Part shown: positions 38,381 to 52,400 of the stretch, piece by piece | How positions within the stretch are numbered: the first letter of the stretch is position 1 | Layout of the letters: every line of letters begins with the position of its first letter | DNA from: Schmidtea polychroa | Lineage: Eukaryota | Direction: 5' to 3' | DNA length: 64,000 bases | NCBI GenBank assembly: GCA_044892525.1 | Contig: CM097885.1 | Location: forward strand, 8,558,001-8,622,000 | The notes under the pieces: generated by a model | The model's input: only the letters and a program-made list of their open reading frames with translations | What the model was told of the DNA's origin: nothing | The model's database searches: none | Position numbers and translations under genes: made by a program

Positions 38381-38795
38381 ATGTACAAATTACCAAGCGC
38401 AGCAAACCTCATGAAAGATATCGACGATTATGGTAAATTTAAAATTTTTATTTTGACATTTTTTTTTTATTATTTTAGAAAAATATTTAGAAGTTATGCT
38501 CAATAGGATAAAATATTATTATCCTCAAATTGCGGAAATAATCAAGGACAGAGATCCAGAAATCGTTCCAGATTTGATTTTTTATTCAACCCAAATTAGA
38601 ATCATGGAGGTATTCCATCAATTCTTATGGGATATTAAGATCAACAGAACCATGAAGCAAATGGAGCCAGAGTACCAGTGCATCATCGGATGTTCATGTT
38701 GTGCCGATCGATATCGGCGATATGTCGAATGGGAGTTCGTGAAAACTCTGAGAAGGTTTCACTACTCCCGGATTGTTGATTTAGGATATGAATAA
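38381..38795 (+). CDS. Hypothetical protein, intron 38433-38478, Cys cluster CIIGCSCC
   Basis: An ATG exon of 52 nt splices in frame through a 46-nt GT-AG intron into ORF 38496..38795. AATAAA overlaps the stop. Confidence 0.6.
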
Positions 38796-39106
38796 ATGTA
38801 TTTAATGTTTCAATTGTGTTTTTTTTTTTTTATATTTAAAATAGTAATAATTATAATAATAATAATAGAAATAGTAATAATAATAATAGAAATAGTAATA
38901 ATAATAATAATAATAATAGAAATAATAGTAATAGTAATAATATAAATAGTAATAATAATAATAATAAAACATTAATAGAACATAAATGCAACATCAATGC
39001 ATTTTGAATGCAATTTAAACAAAGACATGCTATAATCTGATTGGTTGATAGGCATGAGTCAAAGGTATAAAAACCCTGTAACATTTAAATTTATTCATTA
39101 TTCACG

Positions 39107-39517
39107 ATGACCAAGAAAATTTCAAGCACCGAAAAACCTAAAGAAATGGTACAACCAGTTCAAATGTTCCACAACTACAAAATGTATTTTTTGAAAGAAG
39201 AAATCAATATGAAATTGGTTGCACCAGTCAAGCTAATTCCAACTAAATTTCAATTCTTATCCGGCACGCTTTCAATGATTGATGTCAAAACTATTGATGA
39301 TGTTTTTAAACGGATAGATTCGAATCTATCGTGTAATCAACATGCATGGTTCAACAATAGATATGTAAGATTTTATGATGCTTTCGATGAAATCAGTTTC
39401 AAAGAAAATGAAAATTGGTATATAACAATTGCAATCCAGGGATATAAAGTTGATAATAATGATGTATATTCTCCTATTTGGAAAATTATGTCTGCTAGAC
39501 TTTCACAAATATTTTAA
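39107..39517 (+). CDS. Hypothetical Polinton accessory protein (136 aa)
   Basis: ATG ORF with TATAAA ~40 nt upstream and AATAAA just downstream. No family recognised. Confidence 0.6.
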   Translation: MTKKISSTEKPKEMVQPVQMFHNYKMYFLKEEINMKLVAPVKLIPTKFQFLSGTLSMIDVKTIDDVFKRIDSNLSCNQHAWFNNRYVRFYDAFDEISFKENENWYITIAIQGYKVDNNDVYSPIWKIMSARLSQIF

Positions 39518-39644
39518 TGTTATATTTAATAAATGTATTAGTCAGATTTGTTTTTTCTCTTTATTAATTGCAACATAAATGCAAATGACATGCAAATTTA
39601 ACAAAGAAAATCTATAAACAAACTTATAATATAGTTTTAAAGTG

Positions 39645-40021
39645 ATGAAAATGACTGCAGAAAAAGGTTAACATGATTAATTAATTACCGAATTATTTAT
39701 TATTTAGAATTTGTAATCAACTTTTTGTTGGAAAAGTTAGCAGAAATAGCTGGTGTGAAAATTGAGGACATATTATCTGTTACAAATGCATTAAATATCG
39801 GCTGGGTAGTTGAGAGTCAAGATACAGGATTTGATGATCAGGAAGAAGAAACTCAAGAAACTGATACTCAAGAAATTGATGAGGAAATATATGAACCTAT
39901 AGATGAACCTATAGAGGAACCTAAAGATGAACCTAAAGATAATATTACGAATGATTGTATTGATCATGTCGTTGAAAATATAATGAAATGCGGAGATGAC
40001 GACTGCGAATGTGTTAATTAA
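39645..40021 (+). CDS. Hypothetical acidic protein, intron 39667-39707
   Basis: A 22-nt ATG exon splices in frame (41-nt intron) into ORF 39725..40021. Confidence 0.55.
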
Positions 40022-40098
40022 TAAATCTTAGTTAGTTAGTGTTTGTAAATTTATTCAAAATTTTATTTAAAAACGAAACAAAATAACTATATTAATTT

Positions 40099-40613
40099 TT
40101 ATTTAAAAAATCGCGATAAAGCATACAAAATAGCAACACCTGTTGCAAGTTTTACATAGTTTTTAAATTTTCTTTTCTGATGATCTATTTCCTTCGCATT
40201 TCTGGCGAGTTGATTCAGTACGCCCCATCTGCCATTGGCTTCAATCCATGGTTGAAACTTTGACTTGATTATCTAGAAAATATATATTAATAAAATATAG
40301 ATTATAAAAGTATTACTTCTTGAGACCACTGATAATAATGTTCAGAGTCCCATAAACTTCTTTCGATTATGATCTTCATATAAGCAAACCCTACTAGTAT
40401 TCGGGTCCACTTCATCTCATCATCGCATAGACAGTTAAAAATCCTATGAAAATAGAATTTTTTCGTTTCGAGGCAATCGCTATTGAGCATATCTTCATAA
40501 TCAATATGATTTCCTTCTATAATCTTTTCGGTCCGATCGACCAGGAAACTGAGGCTTTCCATAATCTTCTTGTTGATAAGTTCGCTTAAAAGATTTTCCA
40601 TAAAATGAGACAT
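40099..40613 (-). CDS. Bcl-2-family protein (156 aa), exons 40613-40317 and 40272-40099
   Basis: BH1-like LCDDEMKWTRILVGFAY. After a 44-nt phase-0 intron come BH2-like FQPWIEANGRWG and a C-terminal TM anchor LATGVAILYALSRFFK. Confidence 0.82.
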
Positions 40614-40739
40614 TTCTACAATAATTTAAAATATGATGTTTTATTTATACTAATACCGTATGATTTTGATTGGTTGATAGACTATAAATGTAAAAGAAAG
40701 GTTTTGATTTGATACACCATGAAATCTATATTCATATTG

Positions 40740-41357
<618 letters not shown>

Positions 41358-41884
41358 CATTTAAGTCTTACCTGATTGGGTGAATGATAAATCACCCGCA
41401 AATTTCTTCATAAAATTAAAGTCTTACCTGATTGGGTGAATGATAAATCACCCGCAAATTTCTTCATAAAATTTGCTATAAATTTGCTATAAATTAGTGT
41501 CTGACTAAAAAATTAATAACTTTTATACTACTAATGATAAAAATTATTTATATGGCTCAAAAGATTTGTCTTCGTCTGGTCTTCAAAATGAACTATAAAT
41601 TGTTAAAATATTTTGAGATTTAGACTAAGTTTTGGGCTGACGAAAAGTAGGACTCCGCGAGCACAGTTAATAATATTTTTGAAAAATAATAATAATTTTG
41701 TATGAGTCATCGGATGAGTCATTGTCTTTGTTCTAGACGAGTGATGAGTCATCGGATGACTCATTGTCTTTGTTCTCAAGTTGACCTTGAATAAAAATTT
41801 TTTTTTAATTTTTTCCGCCCGGGGGGGGGGGGGGGGGTACTGTGCTCCCGGAGTCCTGTTTTCTCGGTGCCCAAACCACCTACT
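41358..41884 (-). repeat. Right TIR of element C
   Basis: Reverse complement of 32618-33143. Confidence 0.95.
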
Positions 41885-42827
41885 AACAATAATTTTGTTA
41901 TTTTCAAATTTCGATTTAAATAATTTTTGAAAAATATTTAATTATTTTTCAAGAATTTTGAAAAGAAAATTACAAATAAATAAGAAATACACTGAAAAAT
42001 TACCAATAATCAAATATCAATTTTATCTACATCAAAAAACATTTTAAATATTGAATTTTTAAAAGTAAGAAGAAATAATTATTATTTATAATTATGATGA
42101 AAAATTTGAAATATTTTATTAATTTCATAATGAAATATTTAATTGATTTATTTTCATAATTATTGGTTAGAAACTTATTTGAATAAGACAAAATATTTGC
42201 TTTTTTAACATTTTCACAGATATTAATATTTTATTGATTTATTTATTTTACTACAAATTTTCATTATCCCGATTGACTTATTTTAATTATTTCTTAAAAT
42301 TCTTGATACAAGATTTAGATTAAATCTTCTGAGTGAATTATATTCTAATATTTGGATCAGTGAAATATCCTTATCCAATTGTGGATCATTCCCAATATTT
42401 ATAACCATAACGAGATCATTAGATCAAATGCCAAAACCCCACAATTTCTGAATACATTAGCGTTACCCAATAAAATTTCATTCAAATATTAAACAATTAT
42501 TCTTTAAAAAATGAATGAAATTTTTTTGTTTATTTTGTTAAAAAGTATTTGAAATAACAATATTGATTTAATTTGAATTTCCGTTTAAAAATGTTATTTA
42601 AATTTCCATCAAAATTTTACTTTTTGTTATCAAATTTTAATTTAAAATATTTTGTAAGATTTAAAATAAATAAAAAAAATAAATAGTAACATTAATTTCG
42701 AATTTCGCTCAAAGCTAAAATACAATATTTATATATTGTTTGTTTATCTACATTAAAATACAAATTATAAATATTGAAATTGTAAAAGTCAGAAGTAATA
42801 ATTAATATAATAAGTATGATTGATGAA

Positions 42828-43570
42828 TTGAGAATAGAGATGGAGACAAATATTGGATCAACCAATCAAGTTTGATTATTTATTTGATTTATTATTGATT
42901 TGTTATTGATGCGAAGCAGATCAGACAGCAAGTTGATGAGATGAAAAAGAAATGCGAGCAGCGTCTGCAACAGGAGAATGAATCTCCAAAGGAAATAATT
43001 AATATAATAAGTATGATTTATGAAAGTTGTAAAATGTTGAAAATTTTGTTAATTTTAGATAGCTCTGATGGCTCTGATGTCTCTGATGGCCCTGATGGCT
43101 CTGATATAAAATGTATAAATGACGGACATTTTGAATGGGAAATCGATGAATTTTCAAAACAAGAGAGAGAGATAAAACAATTTACAGCGAGGAATTTTAT
43201 TCCGGGCCAAATGGTTACAAAATGTGCTTGAGGTATTTATTACTGATATTTATGATTATTCGGGTTCGGTTAGAGTTGCGTTCATGTTTATGCGTGGGGA
43301 AAATGATGAGCAATTGGATTGGCCGTTCAAACAATGTGTGACAATCGATGTGATCAATCCAGCAAAGGGCAACATTTATATAAGCGACATTTATTTGAGT
43401 GAGTCATTAAAATATTCAGATTGCTCTGATGATTACGAATGGGGAAACCGTCAAATAGCAGAAATTATCCAATTTACATTTATAATGATTATTGTCAAGA
43501 TGAATCAATCTATGAAAAAGCAGAGGAAAATGATGAATTGCTGCTCAGGTGCAGAATTGAAAAATTATGA
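42828..43570 (+). pseudogene. Degenerate TRAF paralog (coiled-coil exons + frameshifted MATH; RING/zinc-finger exon deleted)
   Basis: FEWEIDEFS and FMRGENDEQLDWPFKQCVTIDVINPA. Upstream 41.9-42.8 kb parallels 5.1-6.06 kb. Confidence 0.85.
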
Positions 43571-44876
43571 AAAATTAAAAAAACATTTCAATAAAAAATT
43601 GATTTTTTTTGGTTTTTGATTTGTTTTATTATTTGCCTTGTGCTGGTTGATCAATATTTCTGGATCAGTTATTGATGCATTTGCCCAATTACAAACTGAT
43701 TGCAACATTATTGATGCTGTGGATCAGATGTAACCGCATTTAATGCTGATTGGATCAAATTGGATCATCAATTTAATGAGCATTGTGCAGATCCATTTAT
43801 TGATCTGCTTTGAATCAATTTTTATTGTTGCTCGTGATTTTGAATTGAAATATTTTGAAATTTTTAATTTTTATTTTCTTTCCAATAAGTGAAATTTTTG
43901 CATTTTAATTTCCCCTCAATTGTTACGCTGCTTTGTTTACAAATTGAGATTTCAATTGCTATTTTATATTTCTCAACCAATTTCCCTCAAATATCAATAA
44001 TATCGGAATTGCCGCCAGAAATCAATGAGAAAATCAATGAAAATTAGCATTATATTGATATGAAATTGAATTATTTATTGAGCAGCTGTCATTATGAGCA
44101 TGCAACACACATCATCAGGGAATCTCACAATTGCTGTCATTATCTGATCTATTATATCAATGCGGATCAGATATTATGGCAGCCATGTTAGATTTCTATC
44201 AGATCATTTATTTGAATTTATTATAGTAATATTGAAATTGAGCATTTCTTATAATTGAAGGTGAAAATGCATTTGATAGAATCCCTTGAAGGCCAGCCAA
44301 ATTATCATTATCATTACCGATAATTACAATTCCATATTTATAATAATGTTGCTAGGTTCAAGGCAGCAACCAAATTGACACCTTTAGGAGTTCCTTGAAA
44401 TCTTCATCACATTCCCAACAAACATTGAACATTTCAACATCAAAGCGTTCTGTAGAGTCTCAAAGTTTCTCATTTTCAAGGAGCTTATCAAATATTTGAA
44501 CGCTTTCATTTTAAATTTCTTTATGTTTGTCTGTTCAAATAATTTTTTTATTTAAACGTGTTTTTATGAAAAGAATTTTAGATAATTTTATATTAAAATG
44601 AAATCTCACAAAAGCAAAGCCGAAAGCTACTGCATAACTAAATCAGTAATGTATTAGTAGGAATATAAGACCAATCGCATATTTAGTTTTTAATATATTT
44701 TTTTTTCAATTATATTTTATTTTATATTAATATTTATTGATTTATATTTATTCAATTTCTTTAAAATTTTTAATTAATATTTTTTAACAAACTACGAAAT
44801 AAATACAATTTTGGCAACATTTATGTAGCAATAATAAAATATTTATTTTACACCATTTCCAAATTAGATGTGTTAT

Positions 44877-45200
44877 AGTAGTTGGATAGGGGTCCGCTAG
44901 ATCACGACTCCGCTGGATCACATACCCTCCTCCCTCCCCCTCTTCAGGGGAAATTTTTAAAATTCTTTTCAAGTTAAAATATGTAGGTCAAGGTCAAATT
45001 TTTTAAGCTTAAGATCAATTGTTTTTTTTTAATTTGAAATTCGAGAGTTCCCGCCAAGGGATATCATAATTTGAAAATAAAAGTCTTTGAAACACCAGGA
45101 TTATTATTATTATATATACTCCGAGTTTATCCGACAAGATATTTTATCCCCATATGGGTATTGCTAGCAAGGGTACTGGTCACGCTCAACAAGGTTATTA
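44877..45200 (+). mobile_element. Polinton terminal fragment (element E)
   Basis: Begins AGTAGT where similarity to the paralogous 7700-7790 segment stops. Clearly related to 8959-9260. Confidence 0.65.
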
Positions 45201-47978
45201 TTATTTATATTATTATTATAACTATTATGAGGAAGTTAAAAGATTCTTAAAGATTAATAAGAAATTTCGTAAAAATTTTAAAAATATTTTTATTGAAAAA
45301 TATTTTAAAAAGAAGAAATTTATCAAAGAAATATTTTAAGAAAATCTGAAATTTGTTTAAATAACAAAAATAATATCAGACAAGTTTTTTGAGATATCTT
45401 TTATTAAATAAAATTTTTTGGAATTATTTAGTGATGTAAAAACGGATGAGAATCCTATTAATATGATTATTACCAATAGCAGATTATTATGGTTGGGGTG
45501 GCTACCATCATCATAACTATTATCACTATCAAAATTCTTACTGTTATTATTACTACCCTCGCTATCATTACTCAGATCATTATTATTATCAAGATTTTTA
45601 CGGCCCTTGATATTATAGCTATCATAACAAGTATTGTCCCAGCTATGATTCCGGCTTTATCATTTTTCTCTTATTCGGGATAGTTACTGTGGTTATTCTA
45701 GATATTATCGTAGCGATTAATTTCGTGTAGAATGTTCGGTTAATTTATTTCCAGAACGTGATCATTTGACAATTTTAGTTTTACAATTTCCGATTTAAAA
45801 TTTGTCGCGAGTATTCTAGTCAAAATCTAGTCCATGTAGTTACACAAACAAAGGTCGTAGATTTTCTTACTTATCGGATTTGGCTCATGTTGTAGTACTA
45901 CGTTTATCTTATGATTGTGCATGGTGATTATGTTATTTAACTACCACATGCTGTTCACCCCCGATCTCACTGATTACAAAATTCGAGGCCTGGCAGTTTC
46001 CGAGTTTTTTTCTTTTTATAGAGTTAGTAGTCGTAAGAGTAGGTTCAGTATTATGTGTGTTATCCCCGTGTTTCAACATCTGTACTGCCTAGTGCCGTAT
46101 GTAGTGATTACCTACAGGTTCAATTCCGATGCGACTAAATATGACTAAGACTGGACTCCGTTTATCATCGTATTCCGAATGTGGTGCCTACTGTCAGGAT
46201 TCCAACTGATAAAAAATCGGTCCTACATTGGATACGGTATTAATCATAAGGTATATCACTCGAATGTCATTTCCTTACAAAAGTACTTTTAGTCAAGGCC
46301 ACATTTTCCAGGAAACGCTCACTATCGGGTGAAACTTTTTATATCAACGAAGAGATCCAGTGAACGACAATATGAAAATTTCAAGTAGAAATACGAATCG
46401 AATTAAACGGTAATTGAATTTCTTCGATGGAGATTTACTACGCTCGGGGACGATGTCTGATACACTGGGGAATGCAAATACACCTTTAACAATGAAAATT
46501 CGTTTTGGAGGATGAATGGGGATAGTACACTACGGGGTCCCTCAGTCATTGCGAGCACTTTGGTTTTCTTGGTAAGAAGATTGTGGTTTCACTTTACGAT
46601 GGTAATTTCTGAAAATCTTCTCTCTCTCAGATAAAGTTATAGCTCACCATCCTGTGGCAACAGATCAGTGACCCGATCCATACCACTACGACGCTGAAGT
46701 ATCATCTGACCTGCTGGCAGGAAGAACAACCAGTGTCCCTATAGCTGTGGCCTTCCGAACCCCAGTTCCAGGGAATATCAAAAATAATACAATATCATAG
46801 TGCATTCAATAAACTATTTCACTAGTTGTCATTTCAGTAATAAATCAATCCGGATTATGTTTGATCATTATGAGTTCACTCATGAAGCAAATTTACTGTT
46901 CAATGTACCTTTACTTAGGAAATAAAATAAATATTCGTTATTTATTTACTTATGAAATAATTAAACCTTTCTTATGCCTTTACTTAGGAAATTCAATAAA
47001 CACATAAGTATAATTGAACAGGAGAGAAAGGGAACCATGAATATTTAATATTGTTACAAATCTTCAAATTATTTTACATACATGAATATATAGAAAAAAG
47101 TCATACTACGTACAAATAAAGGTTTACTGTCTGCCTGAAATCCGGATTAATGATAGAATAGTTCTCCTTTCGTAAAGTTCGTTTAAAACGCTGAATCCTC
47201 GAGTGGTTTGTCGGCTGTGTGAATTAGTAGCGTGTTCCTAGTGATCTGGATAGTCATTTGCTGAATGTGGATTGTCTCACCTAAGTTCGATAGTTTTTAA
47301 CACTGAAATTTTTGTTTCGGTGCTGTGCTTATATAGATAGTTACAAAATGCGCGGACCAATCAGAATTGAGGCGCCGTTAATTTATTTGATTTAATTTAA
47401 ATTCTATGTTTTTTATAAGTTTTTCCCAGTTTTCTTTATTTTTTTCCTATACTTTTATTTATTTTCTTAAATTTTCCATTAACTACCTATTTTTGATGTT
47501 GTTTTATCAGTTTGATGTGCTTTTATATCCTGATTTTTATTTTAAATTTTTGTTTTATTGTTTTATGTTTTTAATTTATTGCTGCACCTTTATTTTATTT
47601 CTAATTTATTTTCTGATTTATTTGTGATATTTTTATTGTTTCTTATTGTTCCTTTCTCATTTTTCTTATTTGTACTATCTTATTTTATTTCAGCCCAACA
47701 ATTGATAAATTTTTTTAAAATCCTTAATTTATATAGTTATTATATCCCACTTGATGATAAGAAAACTGTTGAAATATATCGTGAAAAGAATATTTGATTG
47801 GCCTTTTCTTATAATAATAATAATTATTATTATTATTGCGGTATTTATTTAAAATCTTGACTATGAATCAGTAATAATATCGATGTTTTTTTATATTTTT
47901 ACATATTGATAGTCAAGTTTTTAATAAACACTATGTCAATTGAAAAGAAACCGGTAGTGAAAATTGAAAAAAGTTCTT

Positions 47979-48034
<56 letters not shown>

Positions 48035-49482
48035 GTTATTATTATCGATAGCGTGGTGTCTATGATTTATCCATATTATTAGCATAATAGTTAATAACAA
48101 CAGTATCGCTATTACTTAACTGATTATCATCATCAAGATTAATATTATAGTTAAATCCATCTTTAAATCCACCTATAAATTTCTCAGCAAAAGTCTTGAA
48201 ACCAACAATATATATATTTGATCAAAAGGATTTATAAAATAATAAGTTTTTAATTTTACACAAAAACCACCACTCCAATTATTAAAACAACCAGATATCT
48301 AACTATTATTAAAGTTATTGTTATCATTATTATAGTTATTTATTATCGTTGCCAATATTTAAAACAATAAAGTGATAATTTAAGCCTTTTTGCTGTAAAT
48401 GTCCTAAGATATCACTTTATATTGTTTTAAATAATAGATACTGCCAAGAAAGCATCACTTTATATATTAACAATATTGAAATCAGTAATTCCCTACCTAC
48501 GATTGTTACTCTTATGGTTGTTATGTCAATTAATATTACTTAATGTTTTCAATATTTGTTAAATAGTATTACCAACACGAATAATAATAGAAATATATCA
48601 AATGTTAAAGACCTTTAATTTTCATTTCGTCATCATTAGTGTTGATTATTTGCAAGCCATAGCGTTTGACTCATACATCCCTTTCTAGTACATGAATTGT
48701 CAATAAGAATAAGTATATTCATTGATCCAAACCACGTTATTTAAATTTCTTTCTTTCTTTATTTGTAGCATAACATGAATAATCAATCAAACATAAAACT
48801 TAAAATCTTGCTTCTCGTGCGCAGACAAGAATGCGTTAAATCCAACTTTGAAAGAGGAGAACAATTTATTAAAAATGTATATAGATTGTCTAGAGGGGTC
48901 CTGGTTCACCTCCGTCCAAATTAAGGATAAGACACAGAAGATATTACAAATCAAACATAACCGGGATAACCTGGTCACAGAAAGCAGGTCACAGAGAACC
49001 CTGATACATGATCAGCCTTTTATCAGGTGTGTATCAGAGATGGATATTTTAAATGAAATGGATTCTTATAATATCATTGATATTGTTACTCAGCAATGCA
49101 AACTGTAAACGAAAAATTAATGTTGTATACATGTTGTTATTGTAATTTTTTTGTCATTATTGTATTTCGAATAATTTTTTCTACACTAAATAATCTAGAA
49201 CTAGTCTACCCTATAAGCTTTCTTAATTATTTTTTTTGTAATATGAAATTTTACATTATTTGCTACTCGAATTTGTATTTTCATTTAGCTTTAGTGTCAC
49301 TGCTACAATAAAACAATATTGTTGTTGTAATCTAACAAGTTTCTACAACCATTTTATCAGCGTAATAATTCTTTAATAGTATTTTTTATTTACTTACTTA
49401 ATATATTAAAATGAACTTATATATTAACAGCCAACAAAAATAATTGGCTTTGTTTTTATAATATTTAAGTATCATATTTAAA

Positions 49483-52400
49483 ATGGAATTTTATGACTTA
49501 GAATTAAAATTAAAATCGTACTTGACAAAATATAAAATTAGGTTGTGTGATGATCCATATACCGTAAACAATGAAAAAGGAAATGAAATATTGGTTTATA
49601 ATTTCTGTAATATTTTTATAAGTTTGGAATTAGATTTTAGCAACAAATTTGTCCAAAGAAATGAAATATAATATTTCTGAAATAGAGGAAGTATTGAATA
49701 ATTTACGAATAAAATCCATAAACAATATCAAATCCCAAGACAAATTTCAACAGGAGTCGGTGGTTTCGATTAAAGTCCATCAACCGAAATCTAATCAAGA
49801 TGTTAAAAAAATTATTTCATTCATTTTAATTACAACCAATTTAGTTAAATTTAGAAATCCTAGATTTTAATAATTTTTTCGGATTGCAATTAAAAAATGA
49901 AATTTCCAATTTGCTTGGATATTCAGAAAATTTAATTAAAATAATTTTTCGAGGAAAATTAATAAAGGACAATGATTTACTAATTAATCAAGGATTAAAA
50001 GTGCATTTTAGATTTGATAATATTTTTTTCTAATGAAATTATTACCAATATAAATATCTCTGTTATGATATATCTTTTGAAACATAATTGTAAAATTCAG
50101 AACAACAGCAAAGTGATGGTGTTACACATCAGTCAGGAAAATGCCACTGCTAACAGCGATTGTTTGGATTTCGGAAAGAATAAAGATATGGCGGAATATT
50201 TAGCCAAGCGTGCAGTAGGTAAAATTCGATATTATTATGAGCTGATGCCATCTGATAGTTTGTATAGATGGGAGATTTCAATCCGATTTTATGAATGTCG
50301 AAATCACAAATCAAAGTGGAGAAGTGCTACAATTAACTAACAGCCAGAAATCAGTGAGAATAAAATGAGGATTTTCCTATTTATGATAACATATTTAGTT
50401 GCTAACATATGGCTTGACAATGCACCAGCAGGCTGCGGCACTTATCGGGAATAATCAGCACCAAATGGCTCTTTTGCACTGCTTGGAAGCAGACGAAGCC
50501 TTTCAGTGAGATTTCATTATAATATTAATTAATTAATTATTATTAATTTTATTATTATTTAATATTATTAATTATAAAATATTTATTATTAAATATTATT
50601 AAATTTTATTTATAATTATCTATTTTAAATTTTTATATAAATATTATGATTTATTTATTAATATATATATATATATATAACTTTTATATGTTTATAATAT
50701 TATTAAATATTTTAATTAATGCAAATTTTAGTTATAAAAAATTATATTATTTATCATATTATTAACAATGAATTAATTATATAAAATTATTTTTATAATC
50801 ATTTATTTTTATTATTAATATTTAATATTATTAAATATTTATTATTAATTAAATTATTAAATTTAATATTATTATTTAATAATAATATTGATTATTATAA
50901 AATTTTATTTACGATAATTATTAATTAAAATTAGTTTAAAATAATTTTTAAAATTAACTAATTTTATTTAATGAAATATAAACGAATGAAAAGTGAGCAA
51001 ATAGATATCTATTGACCTACCAATTGTATGTGTAGGAAGTGTGAATATTGCGAATATTATTTATTATTAATTATGATATTATTAACAATGTAATTAATTA
51101 TATAAAATTATTTTTATTATTAATATATATTTTTATGATTTATTAATTAATATTTTTTAATATTATTTATTAATTAATATTTTTTAATATTATTTATTTA
51201 TTTATTATTAAATATTAATATTTATTTTTTACTATTATTTTCTGTTTTTAAAAATATTTATTATGATTTATTTGTTAATATAAATTTTTCTTATAAAAAA
51301 TTATTTTATTTATTATTAATTAATTTGAATTTTTTATTTATTTTTATTAATAATTAAATTATTAAATTGATTTTTATAAAATTTTATTTGCGATAATCAT
51401 TAATTAAAATTACTTTAAAATAATTTTTAAAATTAATTAAAATTAAATAGTTAAAATTAAATAATTAAAATTTTTAACTAATTTTATTTAATGAAATATA
51501 AACGAATGAAAAGTGAGCAAATAGATATCTATTGACCTACCAATTGTATGTGTAGGAAGTGTGAATATTGCGAATATTATTTATTGTTAATTATGATATT
51601 ATTAACAATGTAATTAATTATATAAATTTATTTTTATTATTTTTATTATTAATATTTATTTGTTAATATAAATTTTTCTTATAAAAAATTATTTTATTTA
51701 TTATTAAATTAAATATTATTATATAATAATATTGATTTTTATAAAATTTTATTTACGATAATTATTAATTAAAATTGCTTTAAAATAATTTTTAAAATAA
51801 ATTAATAATTAATTAAATTAATTAATAAAAATTAAAATATAAATTATGAGAAATAAAATTTTTTAACTAATTTTTTTAATGAAATATAAAAGAACGAAAA
51901 GTGATTTTATTGACCTACCAATTGTATGAGTAGGAAGTGCGAATATTGCGACAGCATTGACAATGTAGCGATATTACAACTAGATATCGTCTGGTGTTAC
52001 TATTGCCTGCAAAACATGGATGACCTATCAAATGCCAGTCCGTACAATTATAACTCGAATATGGACATGCATTGAACACATATTTGACATTTAGAAATCC
52101 GGCTGGACATTTGTGAGAGGAGGATGAAGAAATGTTACGGAGAAGGAAATGAAAGAATCAAGCGTATTAGGGAGAAGAAATCATTTGAGGGAGTCCCGGA
52201 AAGCATTCACGTGTTTCGGCTGTACCTATTGAAAGCAATTGTTGCATTCTATGAGAATGATATCGGGAATGGACGGGAGAATCTATTGAAGGCACGCAAT
52301 TTATTGATTGTTTCATTCTGTAAATGATTCCCTGTGTTGTAGGCATCAGAGATTTACAGCTCATTTGTTATACCTGAGTCTCTGGTCACTGAAGGTGAGT

